Assembly (NCBI GenBank): GCA_002633005.1
Contig: NMRA01000017.1
Span: forward strand, 717,587 to 781,586
Source: Phoronis australis
Taxonomy: Eukaryota; Animalia; Phoronida
Length of the DNA: 64,000 nt
Direction: 5' to 3'
Part shown: positions 36,652 to 50,200 of the stretch, piece by piece
Numbering within the stretch: the first letter of the stretch is position 1
Layout: every line of letters begins with the position of its first letter
Translations under genes and position numbers: made by a program
Notes under the pieces: generated by a model
What the model was told of the DNA's origin: nothing
Database searches by the model: none
What the model saw: only the letters and a program-made list of their open reading frames with translations

Positions 36652-37905
36652 GTAAAACGATCCAATACTCATGTTAACTGTTTTAAAACTGACTTTGAAT
36701 AATTGTTGACTTGACTTGACGTGACCTAAGCCTCGTGTTATGTCGAAAAAGGCTTAGACAACCACTTACGTCTTAATTCTGCCGTGAATATGGCAATAAT
36801 GAAGTTGCTGAATTATCCAACAAACTTATACTAAAATTTCCCTAGCCATGATAGCAAAGGACTTCAGCAGACGAAAGGAATTGAGACACGTCACTTGCGA
36901 TTGACATGGACTGGGCCCATTTTGAAGGAGTTGACTAACCCTTTCAAGCGTGTGCTAAGCACCAGGTACCTCTCTTTTACTAGTCCGAAATACGCGAGGA
37001 CAAGAACTGTACCAGCTTATCTGTTGTAAATAAACCGTACCAAAAGTGCACATATTCTACATATTGATCAGGTTATGATGCAACAGTTGAAGTTTCCGGG
37101 CAAAATTATCGACTTTGCTGCGTCGATGTAATATGAAATGTAAAAGTTTCAACACGACTTCTTTCAAATATTTATACTAAAATAGTGATTCATAAGATGA
37201 GATTAGGTTAGTACACGTATTCTCTGCACCTGTCTCTTATTTCAACAGCTTAGTCCCCGTGTTCAAGGTCGGACAAACACAAAAATTTTTACGGCATTTG
37301 TTTACCTGGACACCTTGCGGTCTTTAGGTTTGCTTACTGTAATATCATATTCTCTTTCTATCCTATCTAAACCATCGCTCTATCATAAAAGCCTCTTTCT
37401 CACAAAAAGGACCACTGCATAAGTCAGCAAGTTTATTCACACATCAATCTAAAGTACGTAACAAGATCAAGTGGATAATTTTACATTTGCCTGCACTGTC
37501 GAAAGGGAGGCGTGGATTGAACATAAGGACTTCTTAAGTTATATATGTTCATTTTTCTGATAAACAATAGTACACAAAGTGGCACAGTGTAACTTTCCTC
37601 TATAACGGTATTTTGTTCAAACGCTGGCTTGGATTAAACATTTGCGATGCACACGTATCCACGTGTAGGAAGCTCCAAAAATAGTCACAAAGGTACTCTG
37701 AATTTGTAAGAAATTGTTTCACTGGATGCCGTGTAAGATTTTTTTATTGCAGGAAACTAAAAAAATGTCTTTGAAGGTATAGAAATTACGAAAAAATCTA
37801 CAACTGACTCTAATTCACGAAAGACGATAAGTGCTTGTCGGTTGTCAGACCTGCACACCTGACTTTCTTACAACTTTCTCGTTCATAGGACGAGCCCCGG
37901 CTTAC

Positions 37906-40900
37906 CTTCAATTACTACAACCTGCTCTTAACGCGTCACCTGTATTGAAACTGGTCCTAAGCTGCACTCTGTTTGCTAAATAACTGTCAACTGTCGATAT
38001 TGGCATTTTCCTGACTTCTGCCTTGTGCCGTGCAAAACAAACTTTAAGATTTCTGGAATGATGAAAGTAGCATTTGTTCCCAGCAAAAGTAGTGTCAGAT
38101 CCCAGTAAAACGAGCATTAGTTCTTAGTGAAACTAATATAAGATCCCACTAAAACGAGTATTAAATCCCGATAAAACTAGCATTTGTTCCCACTAAAAAT
38201 GTCACTAGCTATCTTTAGCTCCCAGTAAAACGAGTATAAGCTTCAAGTTAGCTTTTAGTAAAACTATCAATGTTTATAAGTAGCGTCAGTTCCCAATAAA
38301 ACCATTTCCATGTTTTTTTAAAATATTTTCGGATCACTCTGTATAAAATACAAACATAGAAAATAGTGCCTCTATCAATGCATTGCAAATTTGGTAACAT
38401 GTTGGCGTGTGAATTCATCAAAGCACACGTAATTATTATCTCTTTAGAGAAGTATGTATAACCGATTTCAACTGAACACTCTCTGTTATTCAGTAATAGT
38501 AAAATGTTCTACTCAGTAGGCCCGACATACAGGCCAGATTTGCTTAACAACAGGGCAATACTGCAACTCGGTGATCTGTAAACGTGCTTTGACGTTTTCC
38601 TGAAAACAATTAGTTGCACTAATTGAGAAGAGAATCATTAACAATGTGTGCAATAACCAGAGTCAACACAAAATGTAGTAATAAAGACATTTTAATGTTT
38701 AAACTGTAATTACGGCTCTCTCAGTCTTTTTCTGAAATCGATTGAATTCTACCTTATGTAAGAAGATTTGTCAACTACGACAACCACCATGCCTGGCAGC
38801 ATCGTACTACGTACGGTAACGTGAACAGTGTCTCCTCGGGCATCGTCAGAGAAGTTGACTTGCTTGTGTTTACACTGTATGATATTTATACCCACATTCA
38901 TGATGCGATTGATTACAACTAACAAATGCGGTAAAGTCGAAAGTCTGGTTGCAACCCAGTTGTAGGCATATTTTTGCGATGGTGACACTGGTAAAAGCGA
39001 AACTGAAATCTCACCTTCATATACCATGTTGATGAACAGTTTGCCAATTAAAATACGAGATTTAACCGTCTTAGGTAAGACCAGGCACACGGCTTTTGAC
39101 GAAATGGGGGAACAGTTCAATAATACAAATTGTAGAAACTATGCCATGTGATGATATCTAATTTTAGAAGACGTTACGGGTTTCTGATTATCTCTGTTCT
39201 CTTTGTCTGGTACTCACTTCTGATTGCAATACGGAGCACATTCGTAAATGTCATTATTTTGTCGGGATGTATGCAGCGCCTCCTATTCGAGTGTGAAATG
39301 TCATTTCCGGATTTCCTGGTAGTTTCTGATGCTCTTTGAGACGAAAGTCAAAAAAATCCTCTCACGACGCGCGACTTTCCCAGTTCAGTAATCAATTGGG
39401 TGAATGGTTATGTAAACAACGAGTTAATTAAGCCATTTGATGTTAGCAAAGAATTATTAATTTAAACACAAATTGATTGATTCAGTCACTGTTTTGCGCC
39501 AACTTGCCATTCGGACAAATAACGCTGTTTAAGTTTCTATTGTTCAATTACGGCAACTTATTTTAGGAAAGTCCATATGTAACGGGGGTGATCAAGTAAA
39601 CCACGCTATATTCCTTTTGATCATCAGTGTTGCGCAGAATTTCGGTGAGTTGGAACGTACCATAGGTAACAAATTTGAAAGAATGAAAGACTGCACATTT
39701 ATCATTTTAGGCATAAATGATAAATTAGTGAACCATCCAATATTGCTTACGTTTGTGACATTGCCATTCCGTCACCCCTCCCAGGGACTAGCCCATATTT
39801 CCCGACCACTTGTTGCAATGAGCCATTCATGTGAAATGTTTATTCATTTTCTGGGCCATCCGTTTGGGGCAGACTAATTTCTAGGTTTTGGTACTGCGCA
39901 CGAAGAAACTGAAAAATCGGACCTAGGGTTCGAGGTAAGCCTTTCTGACTGTGGATACGTAACTGTAATCGCTTACGCGGAGTGCTTGTTCTGTCTAATC
40001 TACAGCTTTTTGGTGGCAGAATATTATTGACAAAGTTTCCCCTTAAAATACCTGTTTAACCTGTATTTTATTAGAGTAGTGTTGACTTTAAAACCCATAC
40101 GATATTAGAAAATTAAGAATGACGAGACGAGTGTAAGAATTAAGAAATGTCTACGTTTGCGTGTATACTAAGGGTTAAGACATTGGCTGAGGTTTACCAC
40201 TGCTTTCTGTGTGAAGGAATCGACATTGATGGATCAAGCCATCTTGATGATATACGACTTCTCCGGAATAGAACAATTGGGAACAAAATCGAACATGCTC
40301 CTCCGCAATTGAGAAATTTCAAACGACTTTTTCTCCAAAAGTCGTGTGTGAGTTGCTGTCTAATAAACCTCGATTAGTCGTTTGCGAAAGTCGTTGACGA
40401 CTAACCAGAATGTGTGGACAGAGTTTAAGACAAAGTGACTTTTTGTGTCGTAAACCACGAGAATCACTATCCGATCTAGGATGTCGCAAAGGGAGGGAGG
40501 GGTGGGGGGGTTGCCGATTACCACAAATTTCGAAGGCAAAAATAAACGTCTCCGCGTCAAGACACAAGACAGCATGTCGGCGAGGTCATTGTTCGCGTCC
40601 GCAGAGAAGTGGGCTCAATGTCACCATTTCGTGCACGTGTACGTAGTGGGTTTTGAAATCAACTGAAGATGATGTATGAAAATGGTGTAGAACCATCTAG
40701 ACATTACTTACTGTATTACCTTGGGGTGGAAATGACAGTCACATGTTAGGACACGTGTGTTGTTTGTTATCTGATTATTAAATCACAAAATTAATGTAAT
40801 AATGAGGAAATTGCCTAAATTGGACGCAACACCCGATTGATAATGGAAAACACAAACTGCCTCTAGGATTGCGACACCAAATGTTTTCGATAAATGCTTT

Positions 40901-41440
40901 ATTTTCCTCAACACATTGAAGGTCTGTGCTTGTAGTTAAGCAACTGTCTTAAATCCAAAAACTATACTCATCTAAAAAACGTTAAATCCTACTGAGCGAA
41001 TGTGATTGTACAAAACAAAACAAACAACGAACAACAGCAAGGCGTGAATGGAAAACAAGAAACTACAACTTCATTGCTTTTTGTCGGAAATATGCATTGA
41101 TTTACATTCATAAATAAAATGCTGTTTTGTTTACTAAACGTAAGCCCGAAATGAATTAATTTTCTTTATATTCTTCAGTGAGGGGAAGAATGTATATATA
41201 CATAATACATACATACATACACACAAACATACATACGTACGTACATACCGCAATAATGATTTGTCCATCTCAAGAATATATCTTAGTAAAAAATGAGGGC
41301 ATACAACTTTTTTCTGGGAGTTGTGAAGGCGATCTATATACACAACTGACGCTTTCTGTTTCCTTTGCAAATGCCGATGTATATGCATAACGACAGATTT
41401 GTACGACAAATGAAGAGCTGTTGCTCCAATTCTTAACTAC
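37906..41440 (-). pseudogene. Thioester-protein family (complement C3 / A2M / CD109-like) N-terminal macroglobulin-domain pseudogene
   Basis: Colinear remnants: FAKETESVSCVYRS (about 41370-41330); SFEISQ..F....IPEKSYII (about 40320-40250); AAYIPTK**HLRM (about 39280-39240); FSDDARGDTVHVTVRSTMLPGMVVVVVDKSSYIR (38855-38753); ECSLG/NTGDALRAG/VVVIE|gtaagc (about 37970-37906). Confidence 0.45.
38068..38305. repeat. Degenerate ~22-bp tandem repeat
   Basis: Recurring unit tcccagtaaaacgagcattag and variants. Confidence 0.75.
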
Positions 41441-41909
41441 AAACCCTCTACCTCCGTTGGAAATCCAACATCTATTAGAAGGTTTGCGGTATGTTTGAAA
41501 CGTTTATGAAAACGTCTACCGGCCGAGTCACAGCGCACCTTAAACCAATAACCCATTAAGCTAAATGGCTGCCCACATCACTGTAGACTCTTACGTAACC
41601 CCGTTTGCTTTACCTCGAAACATTAAATTTCAAAATAATAGAAATAATAACATTTGGCGGTGAAGACGTCAGGTTGTGGCCTTTGGAGATTTCCGTTGAC
41701 AAGTATTTCACAATCTCTTGCCCGGGTTAACACCATGAATTCATAATATACAAGCTGTTGAAATTGTGTAACACTGCAGACGTATCCAAGACCTGAGCGT
41801 GTGAACATTAATGCCAGCGAACAATTGCAGTCAAAATATTCCTCTGCGACATTTCACACTTGTAGGTAATCTCTTACGGGTTTAAAGAAAAAATGCTCAC
41901 ACTGATGCC

Positions 41910-42053
41910 AGCTGATCAGCGGCTGTATGTGAAGAGTTATGGTATTGATATTAATACAGTGTGACATCAATTGCTATTTACAAAGAGTTTTGGAGTGTAA
42001 AAATGAAAATAATAATGATAGTGATGATGATGTTGGCTAAGAAATGGGTAACA

Positions 42054-42097
<44 letters not shown>

Positions 42098-42912
42098 AAT
42101 GATGATGATGATTATGATGATGATGATGATGATTATGATGATGAAGATATGAGTGATGGCGAAGACAATGGTGAAGGTGTGGTTGATGAAGACGATGGTA
42201 AGAATGATGATAATAATAATGATGTGAGTGACGACGATGAGGTTGACGATGATGATAGCGAATATGAAATTAATAACCATGGCGGTGATGATGATGATGA
42301 CGACGATGATGAAGACAAAAAGATAGCGATGACGAAACTGATGGAAGCAATGGCTGTGATTATGGTGATGAGGATAAAAGACTAATAGAATAAACTTTGC
42401 TGAAACCTCGACGCACGTTTAACACGGTCGTCGTCATTACAGAATAGTGCTTTGTTTAGAAAATACTTGGACTTTGACTTTGCAAAAAGGGCACCATTGA
42501 CGCAAAAATAACATGTTCTTTTGTTGTTTTGTCTGCGTCGAAAAATATGAAATACGAAAACAGCCTTTGTCTGTGTGACACGTTATTTTTACCTGCAAGC
42601 TAGTCATCGGATACGGTTGTTCTTTAATTTTCTTAGCACGTAAGTGAAATATGACTTGAGTTTCAGTGATTGCTAGCCTTTTGATGATTGAAGTAAATTG
42701 CAAAAATTGGCATTGATGGTTACAATCGCTTTGCCAATCAAATAGTTTTGATACGAANAAGCTGATCAGCGGCTGTATGTGAAGAGTTATGGTATCGATA
42801 TTAATACAGTGTGACATCAGTTGCTGTTTACAACGAGTTTTGGAGTGTAACTGTAAAAATGAAAATAAAAATGATAGTGATGATGATGTTTGCTAAGAAA
42901 TGGGTAACAATG

Positions 42913-42944
<32 letters not shown>

Positions 42945-43605
42945 GATGATGATGATGATGGTGATGATGAAGATGATGGTGATGATGATGATTATGATGA
43001 TGAAGATATGAGTGATGGCGAAGACGATGGTGAAGGTGTGGTTGATGAAGACGATGGTAAGAATGATGATAATAATGATGTGAGTAGCGACGAGGAGGTT
43101 GACGATGATGATAGCGAATATGAAATTAATAACCATGGCGGTGATGATGATGATGAAAAAAGATAGCGATGACGAAATTGATGGAAGCAATGGCTGTGAT
43201 TATGGTGATGAGGATAATACTAGTCGAATAAACTTTGCTGAAACCTCGGCGAACGTTTAACACGGTCGTCGTCATTACAGAATAGTGTTCCCATGGCTTT
43301 GTTTAGAAAATACTAAGACTTTGACTTTGCAAAAAGGGCACCATTGACGAAAAAATAACATGTTCTTTTGTTGTTTTGTTTGCGTCGAAAAATATGAAAT
43401 ACGAAAACAGCCTTTGTCTGTGTAACACGTTATTTTTACCTGCAAGCTAGTCATCGGATACGGTTGTTCTTTAATTTTCCTAGCACGTAAGTGAAATATG
43501 ACTTGAGTTTCAGTGATTGCCAGCCTTTTGATGATTTAAAGTAAATTGCAAAAATTGGCATTGATGGTTACAATCGCTTTGCCAATCAAATAGTTTTGGT
43601 ACGAA
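41910..43605. repeat. ~848-bp direct duplication (41910-42757 and 42760-43605) containing (GAT)n microsatellites, joined at N42758
   Basis: Near-identical copies differing by SNPs, small indels and GAT tract length. Confidence 0.92.
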
Positions 43606-44022
43606 AATTGCAACCTTTAAGGAGACTGGCGCTGAACCATTTTAGACGTATTTTTTATTTTTCAATAAGATAAACATCGAGAAAAACAGGATACCTTAGT
43701 GCGTGTGAAGTGAGTTGATCTGGCCTTTTGAAATTCAGATTAGATACACCGATATTCATTCTATACGTCAGTTCAGTGATTACCCATTTTTAGGAAATCT
43801 GTTTTTAGTCTAATTAAATTGTCCTTTGAAATTCAGCGTTTCATCGCTGCCTAAAAGCAAAAGCAAAGATTTATGCGGCGTAGTCGTATCAGTGAGGTCA
43901 CCCCCAGTCGGGAAGTCTACCTCTTTGCCATTGCTGTAACTCTACAGTTTTCTACAGCTTTGTCCACAGGCCACGTGAGAGCGATCAATAGCTTCTGCTA
44001 AACTAGAGTAACACAATAACAG

Positions 44023-44076
44023 CTATGCCTTTCACAAACTATGCTGTTCACAAACTATGCTTTTCACAAACTACGC
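44023..44076. repeat. 16-bp tandem repeat, about 3.5 copies
   Basis: ctatgc..ttcacaaa repeated. Confidence 0.75.
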
Positions 44077-46372
44077 CTCCTGTCAGCCATAATTAATGCA
44101 TAACACATAGTCTGACAGATTTTTGACGGAAACTTAATAAATTTATTGTTCTTTAATTAGCGTCACTCGGATACCGCTTATTTCAAAGTTTCAAAATGAT
44201 ATGTTGAGCTTCACATGCAGACGTCAGAGGAGATATTAAGTCTTTACCCATGTTTAGCTGTTCCTCTGTGTTAAGTTACCACCTCGTAAAATGTTATTCG
44301 TGTTTACGTCATGAAAGTGATAGAACTTAAAGTCATAGTTGCATTTCACCGTGCTCAGTTAAGTAATGATATATGAACTAGTAGACTGTTGGCAAATTCA
44401 TAGAACAGTAGATGCTGTGGGTGTAGAAAACGTGACGTAACATGCACGTTCTACTCGGGCGACACCATTCCGCTAGAGCGCGCCTACGCCGCTGTAAAGG
44501 TGTTCTTTTAAGGACGCATAGAATTTTAAAGAAGAGCAGTACCTCTGTGAATTTTTTCTGATCAATTTGGCTTGCTTTACTTTGAACGTTATTAAAAATG
44601 AAACTAATAAAAAATAGCACCTCCTCGAATCGGAAGCCTGACGCAGGGAGCAAGTTCCAAAAATGTCAGCTGGGCCGAGTAAACTGGGCTCAGTGGCTGG
44701 GACGTAAGTGCCAGCCCTTGTATATAGCAATTTGCAATTTGGAGCGAGTAATGATGCCAGAAATAGGTAATAAGACCAAAATATCAGCAAACCTACCACT
44801 CAAACAAATAGTGTTTTGTATTGTGTGTCACCTGGCAACCTTAGACTTCTGCATTAGAAAATGATTAATTTCGTTGCAATAAGTATCCAGTAAACAGTTG
44901 AAAATTTCAGAGCAAGTAAAATATGTCAAACGGACCAAACAGGCCTTCATTAATTTAATATTCCCCATAAAAATGGGCCTAATGGCGACATTACATTTTA
45001 CACATGTCTGATGCTCTAATTTTCTCCCACGTCCTTTAGAAGCTAACTTTACGAATGAAATGTTTTGATGTCAAACAAACGTTGGATAAGAAGGTGAATG
45101 CATTATGAACTCCGACAGTGACTTTTCGCTTTCTTTGACTTATTGCGTAAAGAATGTATGGACAAATAACAATGATCCAAACGATTTGTACAAGCAATTA
45201 ACTTCCTAAAACAAAACAAGAATGTAATTTGATTTGAAGGCCTACCGTAGTAGTGCGTGAAAGCAGTGGAATTTTGTTTGAAAACTAGAAATAGCTAGAA
45301 CTTATTTTGTGACAGAAGTGAAACGTATAGATTTAGCCGGTTTGTGGGTCAACTTTGACTGAAATCTACATTAAAGTTTTGCTAAAACTTTGAAATTTGT
45401 GATTCTGAGTAACAATTAGGAATTACATTATCCGCCTTCGGCAAAAGAGGTTTTTGTTAAAAAATAGCAGCATGAACGTCGACTGAGAACTGGCCGAAGA
45501 AACCCGCAAGACTCGGCGAAATCTCGCCTTGCACTGCAAGCGAAGCACGTGATCACAACAGCTTTACTCGCGAAATTCTTACGTCTACCTAACGCCGGCC
45601 TGAACAGATGAGGCATGCGCACTTGTGGAAAGATGGTGACCGAGTTTCATCCCCGCTCTTCATATCCGTTGCATAACATTTGGAAAATACAACGCTAAAA
45701 TTAAAATATAGCAAGACATAAGAAAATATGAATGGACTACTCTTCCTCCGTTTATCGATTGGTATGGCAAATCAAATATTATTAGGACAGGTTCTGTCAA
45801 TAAACCAAGACCAGGTACGTCAGAAAAAGCTTGATTAGATAAGCTCAAATTGATGCGCTTGACAGCTGTGACATTTTGACTTTGCTTTTTAATACAAGAT
45901 ATGCAACTCAATTTCAGCAATACGCGATGAGACAAATTGGTCAAACTGAATTCAGCTTAATGTTGAAGATTAAGTTAATGAAGTCACGCTATTTATCTAG
46001 CTTCTTTCTGATCGCCAACACGCAGTCGGTAGTGTAAACTAGACTATGGCCAGGTTCCACTGAACTGTACTGACTTCCTTCTTTGGAAAGCTACTTAAGT
46101 GACTAACCTTTTAGTTGTTAACTTTTGAATTTTAAAAAGGACTGAAGAGAATACATAAAACGCTTATTCTGACTGTTATTTTGTTATTATTTCGGGGTCT
46201 AACGATTTCTTAACGAGTCAGAAGAGGTTGGAACGAGCAGTCCCTGCAAGGAACTTCACTGCAGGTACTTAACCATCCAGATACTTCAAGGCTATTAAGG
46301 CATACGGACCGCGTGCAGATACAAACGGCGATGGGTGACTTAACTATGTATTTACACACTATACTGATTCAG

Positions 46373-46995
46373 GACCATTGATGGTTGATCTTAAAACAAT
46401 CGCTACATCGGCTGGTGAAAAATTGCCAACTTCAAAATCAGAAAAACTGAGAATGAAGCAGCTGATTTAACAAAAAAAATATACCACAGCATGACCAAAC
46501 TTTATTTCACGACTTGATTTCTGTGATCCTTGCAAAATCCAATCAAAATAATCACTGGGAAACCGAATGTCCCAAGGTAATAAACACATTACCTGTACAA
46601 CGTCCAATATATACTCTTTAAAGAGACATCGCTTACAAGTTCACAAAATTGTCAATAATCTGTAAATGTTAACTTTAATTGTAATATAAAAGTATGAGAC
46701 TATAGATACCCTGGTAATGCTAAATGTACTAACACCACCCCAAACCAGCCACCGATGGCCGATGACACTAATAACGGACAGTTCTAACGTATCAAGGTAA
46801 TAATTCTAGCCAATCAGATCATGGAAGCTATATTTGTCCCACAAACATAGATTGGGAAGGGAAGTTTTGAGGTGGCTTTATGATGCGTTTGGGGCACCTG
46901 CAATGCGGAGAAAGAACGAGGATATTAAAGTGCCTGTTATCGATAACAGCGTGTAGTGGGCATCACCATCAAATGATTGACTGGATATACCATAG
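46373..46995 (+). pseudogene. Death-domain-like remnant(s)
   Basis: ttcag|GPLMVDLKTIATSAGEK..SEKLRMKQL; frameshifted mosaic at 46820-46990 reading LYLSHK / LGRE / MMRLG / EDIK..DNSV*WA / HQMIDW. Confidence 0.3.
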
Positions 46996-47065
46996 ACTGT
47001 TATCAAGTATCTACAGATGAATAAGCACAAAGTTAAATAATAGTGCTTAATATCATGAATTAAGA

Positions 47066-47221
47066 ATTAAACATGGAACATAGAATGATCGCTGCGTAGC
47101 TTACGGAAACATGGCGTTGTCAATAAATCAAGACGCTTAACACTAGAACATGGAACATACGATGATCACAGCTCCCCTTAAGGAAACATGACCTCAACAA
47201 TAAACAAAGACACTTAACACA
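47066..47221. repeat. ~80-bp tandem duplication
   Basis: aacatggaacata..atgatc...ggaaacatg...caataaa..aagac.cttaacac occurs twice. Confidence 0.75.
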
Positions 47222-50200
47222 CCAGCAGACACTAGCAAATTTCTTAAAAGATCTCATTAATATGTATGTGGGATACGAAAGCGAGGCAACGTAATGACTG
47301 CGTCTACTTTGCGTAGAGGCTGTCTATTGTTTGTAGCTGATTTAACTTTAGGTTTCTTTGAAGAGTTCAAAAATGGTTCGAGTAGCTCCGAGAACGATAG
47401 CAGTTGAGAAAAAAATTCAAATAATATCCAGGGATGTTCATAAATGACGTAATAAATGAGTATCGTATCGGCGCAGGCAGCCCAGTCTACACAAATCAAG
47501 ACTGTCAGTGGGCCTCGGGTATGTCGTGGTCTGGTCTAATGATTAATGTAAACTGGTGAAAGTTAGTTACGTATTTGGATGTACAATTATGAACATAGGA
47601 TAATCAATGTCGAGTTACCCGTTCTAATGTTGTTTGAATATGGATTTCGCACTGTTTAGCTGGCTAAAAAAGAAAAAATCGAAGGTCTTTTGCTCTGAAA
47701 AACTCTCATCAGATTATATCCCTATTACCAACTCAAAAAATGATGTTAACAAGCCGAAAAATGTCTCACCTAAGTTCGTTATATTGCAATACCCCACTAT
47801 TTCATAAAATTGGATACATTGTCTGCCTTTACTAATATTTTGAGGCTCAGGCATTACAACAGAACCATTTTCAAAGTAATCCCTTGTTTCTGCACTTCAC
47901 GTAAAGTGTAATCAAAACCGCAGCAAACTCATGAACATCATTCAGATGAAGTTCCGACGAAAGACTGAATGAACAGTGTTTGTGCAGGTGGATTTGACTC
48001 CATAGCTTGCTTCGGTGGAGCCATATAAACATATTGGTTCTGATACCCCTTCATTTCTCATCCATCTTTTCCCTTGTCCTATAGTTTTGTCTGTGCGTAA
48101 GCCAGCGCGTCACCAGCATGCATGAGGCAACACAGGGATTTCTCCATTAAAAGTACTACTTTTGTGCGGACGGAAAATGTCGGGCAGCTTTAGTCTTGTT
48201 TGTACGATCTTTTCCTACCGTACTGCGCAACATCTTGGCGCGATTAACATCTGTTATTGACTTACGACCCATACACTGAGCCGGTGAATTCTCCCTAAAC
48301 GGTAAAAGAATGATGAACCCCTAATTCAAGCCTGGAAACGAATCTCGACTTTCATGGTACTTCTAGGCAACTCTGCGTGGATTTGGATTTGAACGTTCAC
48401 CTGGCATAATACGTGTGATCAAGATCCTGAGTTAACAGTAGATACTGTACCGCACCAATATGTTGTACGAGGTCATTGGTAAGAGAAGAGAGAATACTTC
48501 ACCCTTTCGTATTTATAATTTACCTTTCTCCACTCTTACAATGTCCGTCAGCACGAGTCATGCAATCAATACAACGAGTAAATCAATGTGTTACTATATT
48601 GCAAAAGAAAAGGCGAACCCATACTCGAACAGCAAAAACCTTGTGATGAAAAACAAGTTCTGGAACGAATGTGGTCACGTGCTTCTATCATTACGTCTGA
48701 AACTGAAAACTTAAGTATAGATACATCAAGTGGACAATTATATGCAATAGGCAGTAAGATATTGCAAAATAGCTAAAATTCAGTAATGACGGCACTAATT
48801 TGCCAAAACAAAAAATACGTGGAACATTTTTGTTGGCTTTTTAACATCCTTTTTACCTATTTTCCTGCACGAAAATGCAGTTCATAATTTGATGTGGAGT
48901 GTGGGGTCCACAAAGGGCCATTTAGCCGACTTGAGTACACCGGTTGGTCTACGAAATAGCTCACAGGACCACCGAATCGCGTCACCGAAATTAAGAGTAC
49001 AATGCGAAACAATGTAGTACTCTTCGTACTCGGTTTTTTGAATCGATCAGACGTCAGTGTGAACGTCGCTTGGCGAGTCAATAGGCTGGCTTAATCTACG
49101 AATATGTTCAAAGACTTGGTATGGTGGATAAACCGGTACCCACAACCGTTCGTTTGCTTCCCTAGAGCCTATTTTGACTGTGTGACTTTAGATAGTTACA
49201 GTTTCGGGGGAAATATGAACTATGTACGTGGTAGAGGGTTTGTTTGTACAGCGCAAGTACCCTTAAAAAGGACTTCCGACACATTGACTTCGCGCGTGGG
49301 GGACTTGGTAGAGGTAACTATGGTGGGCGTGGCCTAACTGCGTTTGTCGGAACTATTCATAGGCTATATTCTTCAGGGTAATCATTGTCTCATTCTGGCT
49401 TCCCCCTTATAGTTCTCTCGTATAAGCTCGGAATGACACACGATCTTGTATCAACACTCAATGCAACAGCTGGCCCATATTCATTGCAAAAACGAAGAGA
49501 GTGCAAACACATGAATACGTAACGCACTGCATTCCTGGATTTCACGTCGATCACATCCGAATATTGGGCGGCTGTACATTGCATTATGTGCGACTGTCAA
49601 TCCAAGCTTATGAGATGACGCCGAGTAAGCTAAGATGCGTACAGCCATTGTAGACTTCAATAGCACGTGCCTAAGCAGTAACAATGAACACCACGAAATC
49701 TCGTGATCCTGCCAAAAGCGCAATATGCAAACGTTTTTTTGAACCCATTCCAATGTTTCTCATCTATGGTTCATCACAGGTCGGAAACTTAAGTGGGTGA
49801 TAAAAGTTTAAAGCAGTCGCCAAACACGTCACGTTTCATTATAAGCTTATGAAAACTGAAGTATTTGCGAAAGTTAACAGAAAACTAACAAGTGACTCTG
49901 TGTATTGGATTGCGTTTATTGAATAGGGATAAAGGCTTGGTCAAAATATTATTGAAACACTTCTAAACACTTAGAGGGTGTTGCCAACGCTATTAAATGA
50001 CCACTACATTTAACTTGTGCGCTTCAAGGCCCCTCTGTCTGCTGATCGTATTCGCCATGTCGATATCGCGCTTCTATCCTCGGGTGTACCCTTGAAACAT
50101 TTTCAGTTAATTAACTAATTAATGATCAATTGAGTTTACGATGCTGTTAATGCTGTTAGTCAGTACCCAATGCTCATGAAATTCAAGTTTGTCTCAGCGT

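Noticed and set aside
41961-43190. Poly-Met, poly-Ile, poly-Asp and poly-Ser ORFs
   Set aside because: All are alternative readings of the (GAT)n microsatellite; there is no splice or homology support for a gene.
46851-46915. Kinase glycine-loop-like IGKGSF
   Set aside because: No downstream kinase motifs (HRD, DFG) were found; likely chance.
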